Part shown: in pieces, positions 1 to 13,005 of the stretch
Position numbering within the stretch: position 1 is the first letter of the stretch
How the letters are laid out: each line of letters starts with the position of its first letter
Program-made: the position numbers and the translations under genes
The notes under the pieces: generated by a model
What the model was told of the DNA's origin: nothing
Seen by the model: the letters and a program-made list of their open reading frames with translations, nothing else
Databases searched by the model: none
Assembly (NCBI RefSeq): GCF_036321535.1
Contig: NC_087436.1
Span: 20,524,001-20,588,000 of the forward strand
Reading direction: 5' to 3'
DNA length: 64,000 bases
From: Camelus dromedarius
Taxonomy: Eukaryota

Positions 1-3000
1 TATAAATATTGTAACTATCTTCTGCTCTATGGTTTGCCTTTTCATTCTCTTAAAGGTGGAATCTCTTAATAAACAGAAATTCCTACTTTTAATGTAAACC
101 AATTTATTAACCTTTTCCATGATGTTTAGTATATTTTTGTGCACGAAGAAGTAATTTCCAACCTGAGCATTGTGAAGATATTCTTTTATATTATCTTCTA
201 AAAGCTACATTTGCTTTGTTGTACAGATTTAGATCTTCAATTCACCTTAGGTGATAGGAGCTAAATTTCAATTTTTCCTTCCTTATATGGATATACAGCT
301 AACCCAGCACCATTCCCTGAAGATGCTCTCTCCCCACAGCTCTACAATGCCACCTTCATTTCAAATCAAGTATCCACATGTGTGTGGTGTATTTTTGAGC
401 TCTCTGCTCTATCCAATATGTCTGTTCTTGCATCAAAACTGTACTGTCTTTATTACTATTGATTTGTAATACATTCTGATATCACGTAGATCAAGTGCTT
501 CCAGCTTGTTCTTTCTTAACAGTGTCTCAATTGTTCTTGGCGTTTTTCATTTTTATATACATTTTATATTCAGCGTATCAGATTATGTGTGCACAAGCGT
601 GGACACACACACAAACTGGATAGAACTTTTATTGGGATTGCTTTGAATCTATATAGATCAATTTGGTAACTGACACTTTTACAATATTATCTTCCAAGTT
701 ACAGAAGACTCCATATATTTGAGTCTTTAATTTCTTTCAATAATGTTTTATAGTTTTCTAGGGAGACATCTTGTACATCTTTTGTAGGTTTATTGCAAGG
801 AATTTGATAATTTTTGATGCTATTATAAATGAGACCTTAAAAAAATTTTTTTGGTAAATTGAAATAAAACTGATTTTTGTATCTTGACTTTATATCCAGC
901 AACTTTCTAACTTACCTCTTAATTAGAATTTTCTGTAGATTCTTTTGGATTTTTTTTTGTGTTTCTAAATGATGGCCATTTTATTTCTTCTTTTCCTTTT
1001 CTTATGCCTTTTATTTATTTTCTTTCCTTATTGTACTAGCTACATCCTCCTGCAACGTATTGGATACAAGCTTGAGATGTTAGATAGAAAACATTGAGAA
1101 CAGTCATTCTTATTTTGTTTCTGATTCCAACGGGAAAGCTTTCAAGATTTCACCACTTTGTATGATGTTTGTTTGCTTAGGTTGTTTTTAAGAAACCTTC
1201 AATAAAGTTAATTCTAGACCCTTGTATTTCTACTTTACCAGAAATTTTTGTTTTTAAATCATGAATGTATGTTATGTGTATAAAATGCTTTTCTTGCACC
1301 TATTGAAATAACCATAAGATTTTTTCCCCTTTGTTTTGTAGTATGTTGAATTATGTTGGATTCTTTTTGAATGTTAAATCAACCATCTTTCCTGGAATAA
1401 ATCCAACTTCAATATGGGCATTATCCTTTTTTGTGAATCACTGGATTTGCTAAAAATTAGTTTAGGACTTTTTCATCATGAGTGAGACTGACCTGTGATA
1501 TTCCTTTTTTGTACTGTCCTTGTCATGTTTTGCTATTGGAATTATTTTGGCTTCATATAATGAATGGGAAAGCTTTTTAAAATTTTTTCTATTTTCTGGA
1601 AGAGTTTGTGTGAGATAAGAATAATTCCTTAGGTGATTTATAAAATTCACAGTGAGGATGTAATTATAGATTTGATTTCTAATTCTAAATAGATGGAGAA
1701 ATATTCAGACATTTTTACTTTCTCCTGTATAGGTTTTGGTAATTTGTGTCTTCCTGGAAGTTTATCCATTTCGTCTACATTTTCAAGTTACTTGGCATAA
1801 AGTTGTTCATATTGTCATTTTATGATCTTTATAACATCTGTGGGATCTGTAGTGTTAGATCCCTTATCATTCCTGAATTTGGTTATTTATGATGTCTCAT
1901 TTTTCCTTTTTGTCAGCCTCAGCAGAAACTTACCAATTCTATTACTTTTTCTAAGAACCAACTTTTGGTTTTGTTTAGGCTCTCTATTGCACATGTTTGT
2001 CCTATTTTATTAATTTCTGCCCCTAATTATTTTCTTTGGGCTTAATTTGCCTTGTCTTTCTTTTTGAGATGTATTAATTAGATTAGATTAATGATTTGCA
2101 GCATTCCTCTTTTCTAAAACATACACTTGCTGTAAGTTTCCCTCTAAGCACAGCTCTGGTTGATTTGATACAGTTTAATTCATAATTATCCATTGTCAAA
2201 TATTAGAATATTTTCTAATTCCTGTAAGAACATTTCTCTTTGACCCATGATTTATTCAGAATTATATTTCTTTCTTTTGTTTTTTTAGAAATCATATTTA
2301 CTTATTTATTTATTTTTAGGGGGGAGTTAATTAGGTTTATTTATTTACTTATTTATTTTAATAGAGGTACTAGGGATTGAACCCAGGACCTTATGCATGT
2401 TAAGCACGCGCTCTACCATTGATCTATACACTCTCCCCTTAGAATTACATTTAATTTTCTGTCCAAATGTATGGATATTTTCAAAGTATTCTTTTATCAT
2501 TGATTTCAAGCACATTTACTCTGTGGAAGGAGAACATTTTTGAAATTTGTTGAAACTTGCTTTAATATCTCAGCATATGCTCAGTTTTTATTAATGTTTC
2601 ATACAAATCATATTTCTGTAGTTTTGGGGTACAGTGCTCCATATATGTCAATTAGGTCAGGTTTATTAATTGTGTTATCCAACATATATTGCACTGATTA
2701 TTCTGTCTGCTTATTCTATACATTAATAAGAAAGTTGTCCGAAAATCTTCCACATTATTGTGGATTTGTCTACTCTTTCTAATAATTCTGTCAAATTTCT
2801 CTTTATATATTTTTAGGCTATATTATTAACTACATACATACTTAGAATTATATCTTTCTGATTAATTAAATCATCTATTATGAAGTGTACTTCTTTGCCT
2901 CTAGTAATGTTTTTTGCCATAAAATCTGCTTTGTCAGATTTAATAAGGGTGCGCTAGTTTTCTTTTGATTAGTATTTGAATGTTTTATCTTTTTCCATTC

Positions 3001-3060
3001 TTTTACTTCACACCATTTCATATCCTTATATTTGTTATGTTTTCAGTAGTTATAATTGTT
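1..3060 (-). mobile_element. Old L1 (L1M/L1ME-type) ORF2 region, degenerate, interrupted by a SINE at 2270-2438
   Basis: Minus-strand ORF 1462-1650 reads SHSLYEAKIIPIAKHDKDSTKKEYHRSVSLM, matching L1 ORF2 ([31 protein letters not shown]). The plus strand is T-rich, as expected for antisense L1. Confidence 0.85.
2270..2438 (-). mobile_element. Camelid tRNA-derived SINE (vic-1 type)
   Basis: Reverse complement begins GGGGAGAGTGTATAGATCAATGGTAGAGCGCGTGCTTAACATGCATAAGGTCCTGGGTTCAATCCC (A and B boxes), followed by an (AAAT)n tail with CCTAATTAACTCCCCCC. TSD agaattatattt (2258-2269) / agaattacattt (2441-2452). Confidence 0.9.
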
Positions 3061-3169
3061 TTTTTTCCCCACCATTCAGTTTGATTCTCTGCAAGGAAGA
3101 AATCTATATGTCTTATTTGGAAGATACTGCCTCCCAAACTAATGCAAGTAAACATTTAGGAGAGAGATG

Positions 3170-3700
3170 AGCAAAAACTTTAGAAAGATGGTCTTGGGAC
3201 AGATTTTGGAAGGCTTTTTAATGTCAAGTCAAAAGTTTGGCCTGTATCTTCTTTCAGGGAAATATTGATGGATTTTTGAACAGATAGATGAATGGTACGT
3301 GTTTTAAGAAGATTAAATCAGTAACAGTCAACTGGAGCAGGAAGCACAGGAAGCAATAAAGATAGGTTCTGAAACCTTTGAAATAATGTAGCATCTAGAA
3401 CAATAGTACTTGATACATGGTAAGCTTGCAGTCAAATATTTGATGACTAAATGATAAACTCAGGTGTGATGTGATGAGGGGCCAGATGGGAATGTGGCAG
3501 TAGAAGTTGCAAGAAATGACTGGAAATATAAAATAGACAAGATTCATTATTTATATATGGCTAGGCAGAAAGTTTAAGTTTAGGTTAAGGATAATCAACA
3601 CATATTGGTACCATGCTGCGATGCTTATATGGGTGTCTCTTATGTGGGGGCCTCAGGAGAATAAATTAGGTTAGGAGACAATAGTGAATATATTGATCAT
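3170..3700 (-). mobile_element. L2 fragments
   Basis: Purine-rich L2-like motifs such as gggacagattttggaaggc and gttttaagaagattaa; heavily diverged. Confidence 0.5.
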
Positions 3701-4089
3701 TAATTTATAAAGCATTACAAATAGAATAGAAACACATTTAAAGTATAACAATTTTCTTCATCACCACCTCTCCCAACTTTCAAACTACCCTATTAACTTT
3801 GATGTACACACCCGCACCCTCCAGATCCTCTACAGGTAGCTTCTTACTCTGCATTAACGTTCTGGCAGATACTTTTGAGGAAAGAGCCTCAACTTACACA
3901 TTTGAGGTCATTTTTCCCTGCAGTAGCTGTTAAATGCAACTTTATATTGTTACATGGTTTCAAAGTAATTCAGTGGCAAATAATTCAGTGTTTTATATTT
4001 CTGGGTTTGCCTTGATCTTTCCTCAAAATGCAGTTATTAATCTTTCCCTTAATAGCTGCTCACTCATTTTTCATTTTTCTGTATGTTAA

Positions 4090-4960
4090 GGAATGCAGAA
4101 TTTGTAGTAGTTGGCAAAATGTGGGGGAATTTTAGACTAATTGGTTATGATAATTCTTTTAGTTATAATTAGTAGACTCTTATCCGACATTTCTGTTGTG
4201 TTAATTTCTTAGGTTTTAATCTGCTGGGCTTTTTGGCTACTGAATCCACCTATAGTACATGCATATGGATTGTTTTCTCTTGTTTTGAGATCTTGGATTG
4301 TGAGCTCATCTTCAGCAGGGCTGTATCTAAAAAGTTCCTGTGCCGGCTGCGTTAAGAAGGTTATTCCAGGACAGTTTGGGATTTACTTTTGTGTGCCTAG
4401 GGGATCCCTAGTTTAGGACTCAGTTCTCTGTAATTTCTTGACTTGTGGCTTGCTAGGTGACATGTGACCTAAATTCAGTCCTCTGGATAGTGCAGGCCCA
4501 TGTTATGAATTCTCAGGGGATTTATTTTCCCCACTCAGAGCCCAAGCACAAATAAACTAGTGTCCCTATTGTCTATAGCCTTCTTTTGCTGGTGGGCAGA
4601 TTTCTTTCCCCCACCTGAGAGTTTAGCCCTTCCAATTTTATGTCGAGATCTTAGTTTCAATTCTCCATCTTGCAAGAGCCAGGTTTTCATTGATCCTTTG
4701 CTTTCCCTTGAAAACCAAACTCCTAGGATTGCAGCTGCTCCTCACCACTCGCCATTGAGGCAAGCACAGGATAGCCTACTCATTTGCAGGTCAGGTTTTC
4801 AGTTCCTTCATTATTCCTGGAATCTGGATATTTTTTCTTTTATATGAGCTTAGCTGTGTGTGTGTGTGTTTTTTTTTTAAGTTTGTGTAATTTTTCCCAG
4901 CATTTCTAGTTGAGCTAGCAAGAGGGTTTTAGTGTATAGCCTGCCATATTGATGAAACTC
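4090..4960 (-). mobile_element. 5' region of an ancient L1/HAL1-type element
   Basis: Ends in ctgccatattgatgaaactc, whose reverse complement resembles the AAGATGGCGG-type L1 5' start. The internal sequence resembles old L1 5' UTRs. Confidence 0.5.
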
Positions 4961-5214
4961 AACTCTTGAATTCTTTCCACATTTATAAAGTTTTTTCTAA
5001 ATATCATTGACTTTTCACAGTTGGCTTGGCCTTAAAATGGCCTATTTTTCCTCTTTTGATTTAATTAAAAATAGGACCTAATTCTGATATTACTAGACCT
5101 TGCCACATCATAAATTCTATTTAGAGGCACCAAGGGAATAATTAACTCTTAAGATTGATAGAAGACTAGCCCTTTTATCTTGGCCTGAGAATGTTACCTT
5201 GAGAATGTGTCCCA

Positions 5215-5415
5215 CGTGAATAAATAACACCAAATTCAGTACGGTGATTACCTTGAGGTCCAGGGGAAAGAGGAATTGAGAAATGAGATCATTGGGGGAG
5301 GCTTCAATTACATTTGTAAATGTTTTATTTCTTAAGCTGAGTGATGTATACCCAGGGGCTTATTATATTCTTTATATTTTTAAAAGTGTATATCTGAAAT
5401 ATTTCATAGTAAAAA
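5215..5415 (+). mobile_element. L1ME-type 3' UTR end
   Basis: caccaaattcagtacggtgattacct...aatgttttatttcttaagctgagtg...tgaaatatttcatagtaaaa is a typical L1ME 3' terminus. Confidence 0.75.
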
Positions 5416-5819
5416 TGATTGTAAAAGGAACTATCACCATAATGAAACTGTACCACATCTTTCATTTCATTTAATGGAAGATGCACAGGGCACTTGTCAT
5501 TGTCATGTGCATTTGTTAAGTGAAAAGGTAGTTTTCCATCCTAATGAGGTAATAGAGTAAGTTATTTCAACTGTTAAGAGTGAGTTATTTAAAAAAAAAA
5601 AGTTAATTATTTCCGTGTTAGACTCTGTTTCCCCATGCCTATTAAAAATATCATATGTCTGACCATACATCTTAACCTATCCAGTGATCATGCTATTTTC
5701 CAACTTGAGAAGTAACTCTGTCAACATCCAGAATAGCAACAGGTTAAATCTGAATCATCTTCTATGCTAAAAAAGGCCTTATTAAGTGTTTTTGCAACCA
5801 AATTCGCTGCTGTCTTTTT

Positions 5820-5841
5820 GTTGTTGTTGTTGTTGTTGTTG
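5820..5841. repeat. (GTT)n microsatellite
   Basis: About 7 units, read directly. Confidence 0.9.
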
Positions 5842-6017
5842 ATTATAAGCATGACTGTTTAGTGATCTTGTTCCCTTTCATCTTTTAACCCTGAAATATG
5901 AAAAAGGAAGGAAGGGTTGGCATGTAGAGCCACCCAATTTCCTTCAAATGTTTACATCGGCCGGGTCCTCTGCCTGGTTCCTTGCATAGACTCCCTCTTG
6001 CCCTCACAGTGACATTA

Positions 6018-6180
6018 AAAATAGTTAACATCGCTTTCTTTGTGCCAGTTGTTATGATAGAGCATTCTCTATGTATTATTGTATTTCATCCTGACAGCAT
6101 TCCTATAATTATCATTATCCCCTTTTCAGAATGAAGGAAACAGGTTGATTAACTTGACTAAATTGTGCAGCTACTGACAC
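6018..6180 (-). mobile_element. MIR SINE
   Basis: MIR core in reverse: tttcatcctgacagcattcct...attatccccttttcagaatgaaggaaacagg...taacttgactaaattgtgcagcta. Confidence 0.75.
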
Positions 6181-7811
6181 TTAGTTGAATATTCTAAGTA
6201 ACTCTGAAGGAGCATTCCTCTGTCCCACAGATATGGAGCAGAAGAGGGAGAGGTATTCTGTTCTTCTGTATCACATCATCTGGTTTGGGTACCATACAGT
6301 AATAACTTAATATTACCTGAGCATCAGAAAGATCCATGTAGCTGTTACGAAATGTAGGAGTTAGCAGATTTCTGTTTACAAACAGTAGATAAGAGGAAAA
6401 AACAAAGAATGGATGAGCAGTCAAAAGCAAGCTGGTTCATCAGGGTCCAGGAGGGTTGGAGGGCAGGATACTTTTAAGAAGAAACTGCCTCCGGCCGTGG
6501 TAGAGTACCTACTGATGCTGATGGTATGTGTGGATAAGATAGGTATGTGGCCTCTGGTCCAATGTTTTCTGTCATACCAAAGACTATTAAAAGGACAGTA
6601 TTGTCCTGGGATTCTCACCTTTGACCTAATCAAATAAAACCCTCCCAACATCATTACTGTTAGGAGAGAGGGGGTGGTGCAGGATGGGGACGCAAAGATA
6701 AAGGAATGGAAACAGTGGCTCAGGCTATAGGAAACATCCCATTTCTTTACAGATTAAACTCATTGCTTTTCAGAAAAAGAGAAGGAAAGAAGGTAGAATG
6801 GAAAGGAGGGATGAAGGGACGGAGAGATGGAGAGGAAGAAAGATTGATCCAATACAGAGAAAATTATTCACTTCTATTTTTCCTCTGTGACTTAGAGAAG
6901 ATGCTTATGTGACAATTTTGTGACTTTATGACTTTGTTTGAAAAGAAATCAAGTGATTTAATTTTAACTGAGCCTTGTAAAGAGCAAGGGATCTCTTTCC
7001 CCCAATCTTTCTTAGAGAAATTCAAGTCCCTCCAAACTTTGTCTTGAAGTTATTATTTCTACTTCACACTGAGGCTTGTGTTTAATTATTTTGGCCTTGT
7101 TTAAGTAATTCTGGGCTTGGGACACTTAGACATTTAGGGGCCCTTCATTGGATTAGCAATAAATTATAAATGAGTTAGTCTTATCTCAATGAAAATAATA
7201 TTTCCTCCATCCAATTTACCACAGACATCTATACGTGATCTAATCTAAATCCTACTATGATACTAATACGATAATTATTAATAAATTAATTATAACATTG
7301 GCTCATAGGACCCAGAGGCATGAGTTGGGGTATGAGCAGATGTTTTCTTTTGCCTTCAGAATTTTGCAGGTGTCCAAAAAACATTGTAAAGGTGCAAGAA
7401 GGGGCCAGTCTAAGGACAAGTGCCCTGAGGTGACCAATAAATAGCTCTGCTTGTATGAATATTTCACTCTTTTGTAGTTAAAAAATCAGTAATTAAGTTA
7501 AAATTAAGTCTTGTGGAAAATTGTGAATCTCTTTTCCCCTAACTTTCTTAGAAAGATTTAAGCATTTTTCAGTGCTCTCCCTGATGCCAGATTTTGAGCT
7601 CTTTGTTGTTTGATTCCCTGGGCAGCTGCTACTTCACCACCCTCTTCCCCTGTAATTCTGATAAGAAGAGTAGAAATTTTTTACTAGGATTCTTTGGCAG
7701 CCCTTCCGAAACTCTTTAATAAAAATTTCTTTTAAAAATGTATTCCGTTTTCTGTACATATAACAGGAAAGTGAATCACTCAAATATTTTGTAAAGTACT
7801 TTGTTGTTTAC

Positions 7812-7948
7812 AAGGAACATTCATGACCGTTGCCTCATTTAGATGCTTAAAGCAAAATTGTCAGGTAGATAAGGTATGTTGCCCCGCAAGACAGATGAAG
7901 CTGAAATGACCCAGCTCTCCTGACTCCTAATCTAGTGCTGTTTCCTTA
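7812..7948 (-). mobile_element. MIR fragment
   Basis: ctcatttagatg...aggtagataagg...acagatgaagctga...ctcctgactcctaatctagtgctgtttcc. Confidence 0.5.
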
Positions 7949-10184
7949 TTTCACTTGTTCCTTGAACAAATGTCAATGAAAGGAATCCATTTAAATATAG
8001 ATTCTTGGGTTTTCATTTCTAGCATTAACTTTTTGAAACTTTATGGAGTCATGAGAACTATAAGGGTTAATCAGGGGGACAACTGATGGTTGATAACAGT
8101 CTACTTCCATTAACCAACTGCCTTTGCGGTCTCTTCCTGTGTGTGTTCTCGGTCTCAGCAGTACAGGACTGAGTGAATGGAGAAAGTGGACAGAGCCTTT
8201 GTCCCTAAACAAATGCTTAACTGATTGCTACTGGATGGTAAGCTTATAATAAATGGCAGCTTCAAAGAACATTTCAACATGAGACAGAAGGAGATTATTA
8301 ACTCAAGATGACAAGATTTAAACATCTTCTTCATTAATGGGAACTAGGTGGGGCTGCATGCACTTCAGGTCACTTTGGTGCTGTAGATAATCCTGTGTCA
8401 TCCCACAAGGGTAGTCTTAGCCCCAAGCATGCAAGTGTGATGCCCAGAGGTTATGAACTCTAACATCATTGTGCTTATTTTTATGAGAATTAGCTCAAGA
8501 TTAGCACTTGTAAGCAGTGGCACCAAATAATTTAGGATCGCAAGCAAAATGGGAAAAAAAATGTGTTCTACACTGAATCTTTACAGATTGATTTTGCAAA
8601 GAGCAGTTACTTAACCGTGGACCCAACTGGGGATATATTTTTAATGATTCGCAGGTAGTCTAGAGAAAAGCTAAATAAAAAAAAAAAATTCCAGCCCCAA
8701 CTGCTCTTCTAAAATGGGCTAAGAACTATAGCAGGGAATTAAAATAACCTGTGAATTTCTCTAACCAAAATAAAAATACTGGTTATGAAATATTTCTTTT
8801 ACTTGTTGCCAATTCTTTAATAGTCCATTAGGTATTTCTAGGAGGTGGAGTAGCTGAAATGAAAATTCGAGCTCAGAAATCTGAAAGGCCAGAATCTTGG
8901 ATAAACTGACCGAGGCGAGATAGAACAGGGTGTGAAAGGAGGCTTTTTCTGTGGTAGATTTGCCTTCAAACTGGGCATGTGTTTCATTTGGATAAGCCTT
9001 TGAAAGTTCCAGGAATCATTGAAAAAAGGGACTTGAAGGAACTTAGAAATAACTAGTTTAATCCTACTGTAGCCTAAGAGTAGACCTCTTCATGGAGAAG
9101 GCGTTCAGTGGCTTCTGTACAATTTAGCTAAACTCTTCTGTCCTTTGCAGATTAAAGGTTAAGCAACTCACTTTGGTTAAAGAATCTGCTCTTTTAACCT
9201 ACTCCTTCTCCACCTTAGACCCTTGTTATGAAACTGGGTTTCTTGTATACTACCTCCCTTTTGCCTGACCCGGAAGTTATCGATTGAATATGTTGTTCTT
9301 TGTGTCACTTTATACGGAAAGCTGGTCTTTACAATATTTCATTTCAGCTTCATAGGCCAACATTTGAGAACATTTAAATCTTTCTGTTACTTGCACTAAA
9401 AATGCTGGTGATAACATGGTTAGTAATGATACGATTAGTAATTATGTGTCGAGGAGTAAAGCTGAATTTAGTTTTATTTGTATACATTTTCCTCTAGGTA
9501 GTTCATAGGAGTGATTTTTCAATTTCAGGTCCTTTTAAGAACTAGCCTTTAAGGGAAAAAAAAAATCCTTAACTATAACAAAAGCAATCTATTTACAGAG
9601 ACCCCATCTTCTGTGAGCCTGTTTATAACATAGGGATACTGTCGCGGTCATAGGTTTAAAAAAAAAAAAGTGCACTTATATGTGGCATTATTTCATTAAA
9701 AACAATTCCATTCTAAATTATAACCTTTATTCTCTTTTTCTTTATGACTGCTTCCTTAAGTAAAAGCCACTCCTGGTTCATTCTTTAAATGCCACCCTAA
9801 AGGAGTAAAGCTAAAATAGGCACCTTCAGCTTTTTTGTAGAGATTTTATTTTGGAAAAAAAAAGAAATCAAATTTCCTTGAGGCAAAAGTTGGAAATTTG
9901 GCTTTACTCAGGGTTCTTCAAACTACTAGTTACCCAAAAGAAAAAATGAGATAGAATTATGGAATGTTAGCTCTGAACAACATTTAGTTTAATCTCTTTA
10001 CTTAACAGTCATAGAAATTGGGGCCCTATTGGCCAGCCAGTTCTCCAGGAGGTTATGCAGATGGATAGTGGGGAAGGCTATGGGGATTTCTGTCACCTCA
10101 GAGTGATTCTGTTGAACCCGGTGTTTTTGGTTGGATTTGGCTTGGGAAGTGGTGAAAGAAGGGAAGCTAAGAAAAAACAACCCT

Positions 10185-10265
10185 TGACAGCTTTATGGCC
10201 AGCTCGTTAAAGTAAATCCTTTGCTTGACACTGTATTGCTTTCTTTGCTGGGTGTGGATTGACAG
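10185..10265 (+). promoter_or_regulatory. Candidate TALE/HOX enhancer motif cluster
   Basis: TGACAGCTTTATGG (MEIS plus posterior HOX composite) at 10185-10198, CTCGTTAAA at 10203-10211, and GGATTGACAG (9/10 to PBX-MEIS/PREP TGATTGACAG) at 10256-10265, all in non-repeat DNA. Confidence 0.45.
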
Positions 10266-10971
10266 GTATTGATGAAATGTCTTAGGTTCTAATTCAAAAT
10301 GCTGGGTGACAAATTATAACTTTGACAAGTTGAAGTTATCAACAAGCCACAGGGTGAGTACATGGACTCCGGGCTGCAGCAGCCATTATGCTGTCTCCAG
10401 CAAGCCTCTGTGCTTTAACAGGGATGCACTTGATCTCTTCACCCCCAAGGAGCAGACTAAGTGCTTCAGTAAATATGCCATTAAGATACTTCATTGTACG
10501 AAGCCATTAATACACACCTCAAATACGCTGGAAGCTGGGGGTCTTCAGCCACCCAAGAAGCATATAAATGGCCTAGAGAGATGCCCAATGCTGTATCTAC
10601 TTTGATATTTCATTATTAAGTACAGTTTAAAAATTGTAATTTTTTCCACTGGTTTGAATAAAACCAGAGTGGAGAAAATATCAAATTCCTTCCCAATCTA
10701 CTCTAAATGATTCCCTATGCCACCATGTCTACTTTGTTGTGGTTCTGATTGTATTAATTCCCTGACCTTGGGCCTTGAGTCAGGCTGAAGGTTTCAGTGT
10801 ATCTTTTGACCACCAGCTAAGCCTCTTTGAGATTTCACTTTCTTATTGAAGAGGCTAAATTAGAAGCATTTTAGAGGTGTTTACTGTGGATTTACTATTT
10901 GTGTTTGTTCTCTGCTATTTTATTTCTTACTTTTCTGGACATAATTCTTATGATAATAGAATAACACAGTA

Positions 10972-11070
10972 AAAGAATTTTAAACCACACTGGACCCAAG
11001 AGATCATTTAACTCAACTCTTCATTTCAGAGGTGAAGAAATTATAGGCCGAAAATGTGAAGGCACAGTTA
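10972..11070 (-). mobile_element. MIR/MIR3 fragment
   Basis: ggacccaagagatcatttaactcaactcttcatttcagaggtgaagaaatt. Confidence 0.5.
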
Positions 11071-12227
11071 TTCGGGTTGCCTTTGCTGTCTTAAAGGAAT
11101 TTGGTGTCTGTACCTTACTCTTTTCTTAAAAATACAAACTTATTTATCCTTCCTGATCCTTAGTCATGATTTGGTTTTCATCACGTTCTAGTGATTGATA
11201 AGACTGTTTGGGGTGAGAAAAGTTAGGTGTAAAGGGATGACTTGGCCAAAGCCAGAGATTGAGGTATCATAGAGGAAAACCTGCTGTTGAATATGGGGGC
11301 ACTAGTCCCGAGGAAAAGCCCTTTTTTAAAAAGACATGCACTCATTTATTTTGATACTAAAAGAAAATTAAAAATCTGCATTTTCACATTGATCTTTAAT
11401 ATCTTATGTGGTTCAAGAAAGACTTCTAAGAGTCAAATACATCCTACAGATTTTGTAAAACAACCCTTCAAATGGCTTTCCTGGAATGATACATTGACTC
11501 CCCAAGTTCAGTAATTTTATAACTCCTTTGTCTTTTGCTGCAGGGGAAGGAGTGGTTATGACTGATTTTAGTAAAAGACTTTAAGCTGAACTGACAGAAC
11601 CAATAATGAATATGAATGTAGGAAAAGTGACGTGCATGGAAGGCTTCTTTGAAAGGGACCCTTTGGTACTAATCTCCAGTCGTGTAAGAAGTTGTCTACC
11701 TCAGCCCTAGAGTTGCTCAATGCTCTCTTGGTAGTCTATAGACTCAAGTCACTTACTACATTGGGATCTAGTCACTCTTTTATTAGCCTTTAAAGCTTAA
11801 ACAAAACGAAGCAAAACAAACACTGCTCTTAGGCAGACTCTTTTTTCCTAGTTTGCTCTCAGGATTTATTTTACATGAAGAATGAGCAGGTTTTAGGTGT
11901 AATTGACAACGGACTGTTATTGCTTAGAAACAAAATAGTTAAGAATAATGAAGTCATGAGATTGTAGACAATGTTTTATAATAAGCATGTGTTACTTTTA
12001 TTACTCCAACTTAAAAAATATTAGAAATAAAAATAAAATAATAGGACTTTTTATAATGACTTTAGTTTCTGATCAGATCACTTGTTAGCGCTCCCCTAAG
12101 GCCGTGTGTCATAATACCACCACAGGATTTCATTTCTATTCAAGTTCCTAAATTTTCGGGAATCCTGGACATTAAGAACACAACAGTGACCGAGCGACGC
12201 CAACCTTGTGAATATGTTGTACTGCTC

Positions 12228-12350
12228 ATTTGCACTGTCTTCTCCACTATATCCTAAGTTCTCTCAGGACAGAGACCCTGTCTTACTCATCTTTGTATCT
12301 CCAGTTCATAGAGCAATGGTGCACTCAGTGGGTACCTTTCGGATGAATCT
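12228..12350 (+). mobile_element. L2 3' end
   Basis: ctccactatatcctaagttctctcaggacagagaccctgtcttactcatctttgtatctccag matches the L2 3' terminus. Confidence 0.7.
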
Positions 12351-13005
12351 GTGAATTAAGTTCTGTAATCTTGGTGTACATTCTGAGTTTCTTCTGGGTC
12401 GAATAAAATTGCAGTTCTAAATGTATAAAAGAAGGTAGTGTCCTGATTTGGCGTCCTAGCTCCACTCATATATAACTTGGTACAGCTGTTAAATAAACAG
12501 GGAGGATGCTGCAAGGCATGGTAAACAGTAGAGTATGAGCCCCTCTTGATGCTGATGACATGGTTTTATTAACACAAACCAGGATTTTCCTTTAGAAGCT
12601 GCTGAGCCTGGTGCCTACTTACTGTCAGAACGATTTAACATCAACTGTGCTACAATGAAAACCATTGTATTTGACAGACATTCTCCAGTATTTAAATGAA
12701 CAATACTAAGTAACCCCATACAACAGGTCAACTCATTCAGCTATTGGAATGTATATTTTGCAGCCAACCTACCCGGGTAGGTCCATGGGGATACAATTCT
12801 ACTTTAAAAAAAAAAAATCAGACATTCACCAGAGGCTGGGCTGAACTTCTTTTATGGTCAAGGCAGCCAACTGGTAGTTTTCAGAGTGTCTGGCCCTACA
12901 GGAACTGCCCCTCTTCCCTGCTTAGCGCAGAGGATCCTAAATCCCTCCTCCCAGCCGGCTGCTTGCTCAAGATTACATGAGTCTTTAGATTCCGAATAAA
13001 ACTGC

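Noticed and set aside
2360..2438. tRNA gene (also 40650-40723)
   Set aside because: The A and B boxes belong to a SINE head with a tail and TSD; no intact cloverleaf.
7130..7435. Possible old DNA transposon fragment
   Set aside because: I could not identify matching TIRs or a family with any confidence.
8445..8462. Nuclear-receptor IR0-like AGGTTATGAACT
   Set aside because: A single degenerate motif with no supporting context.
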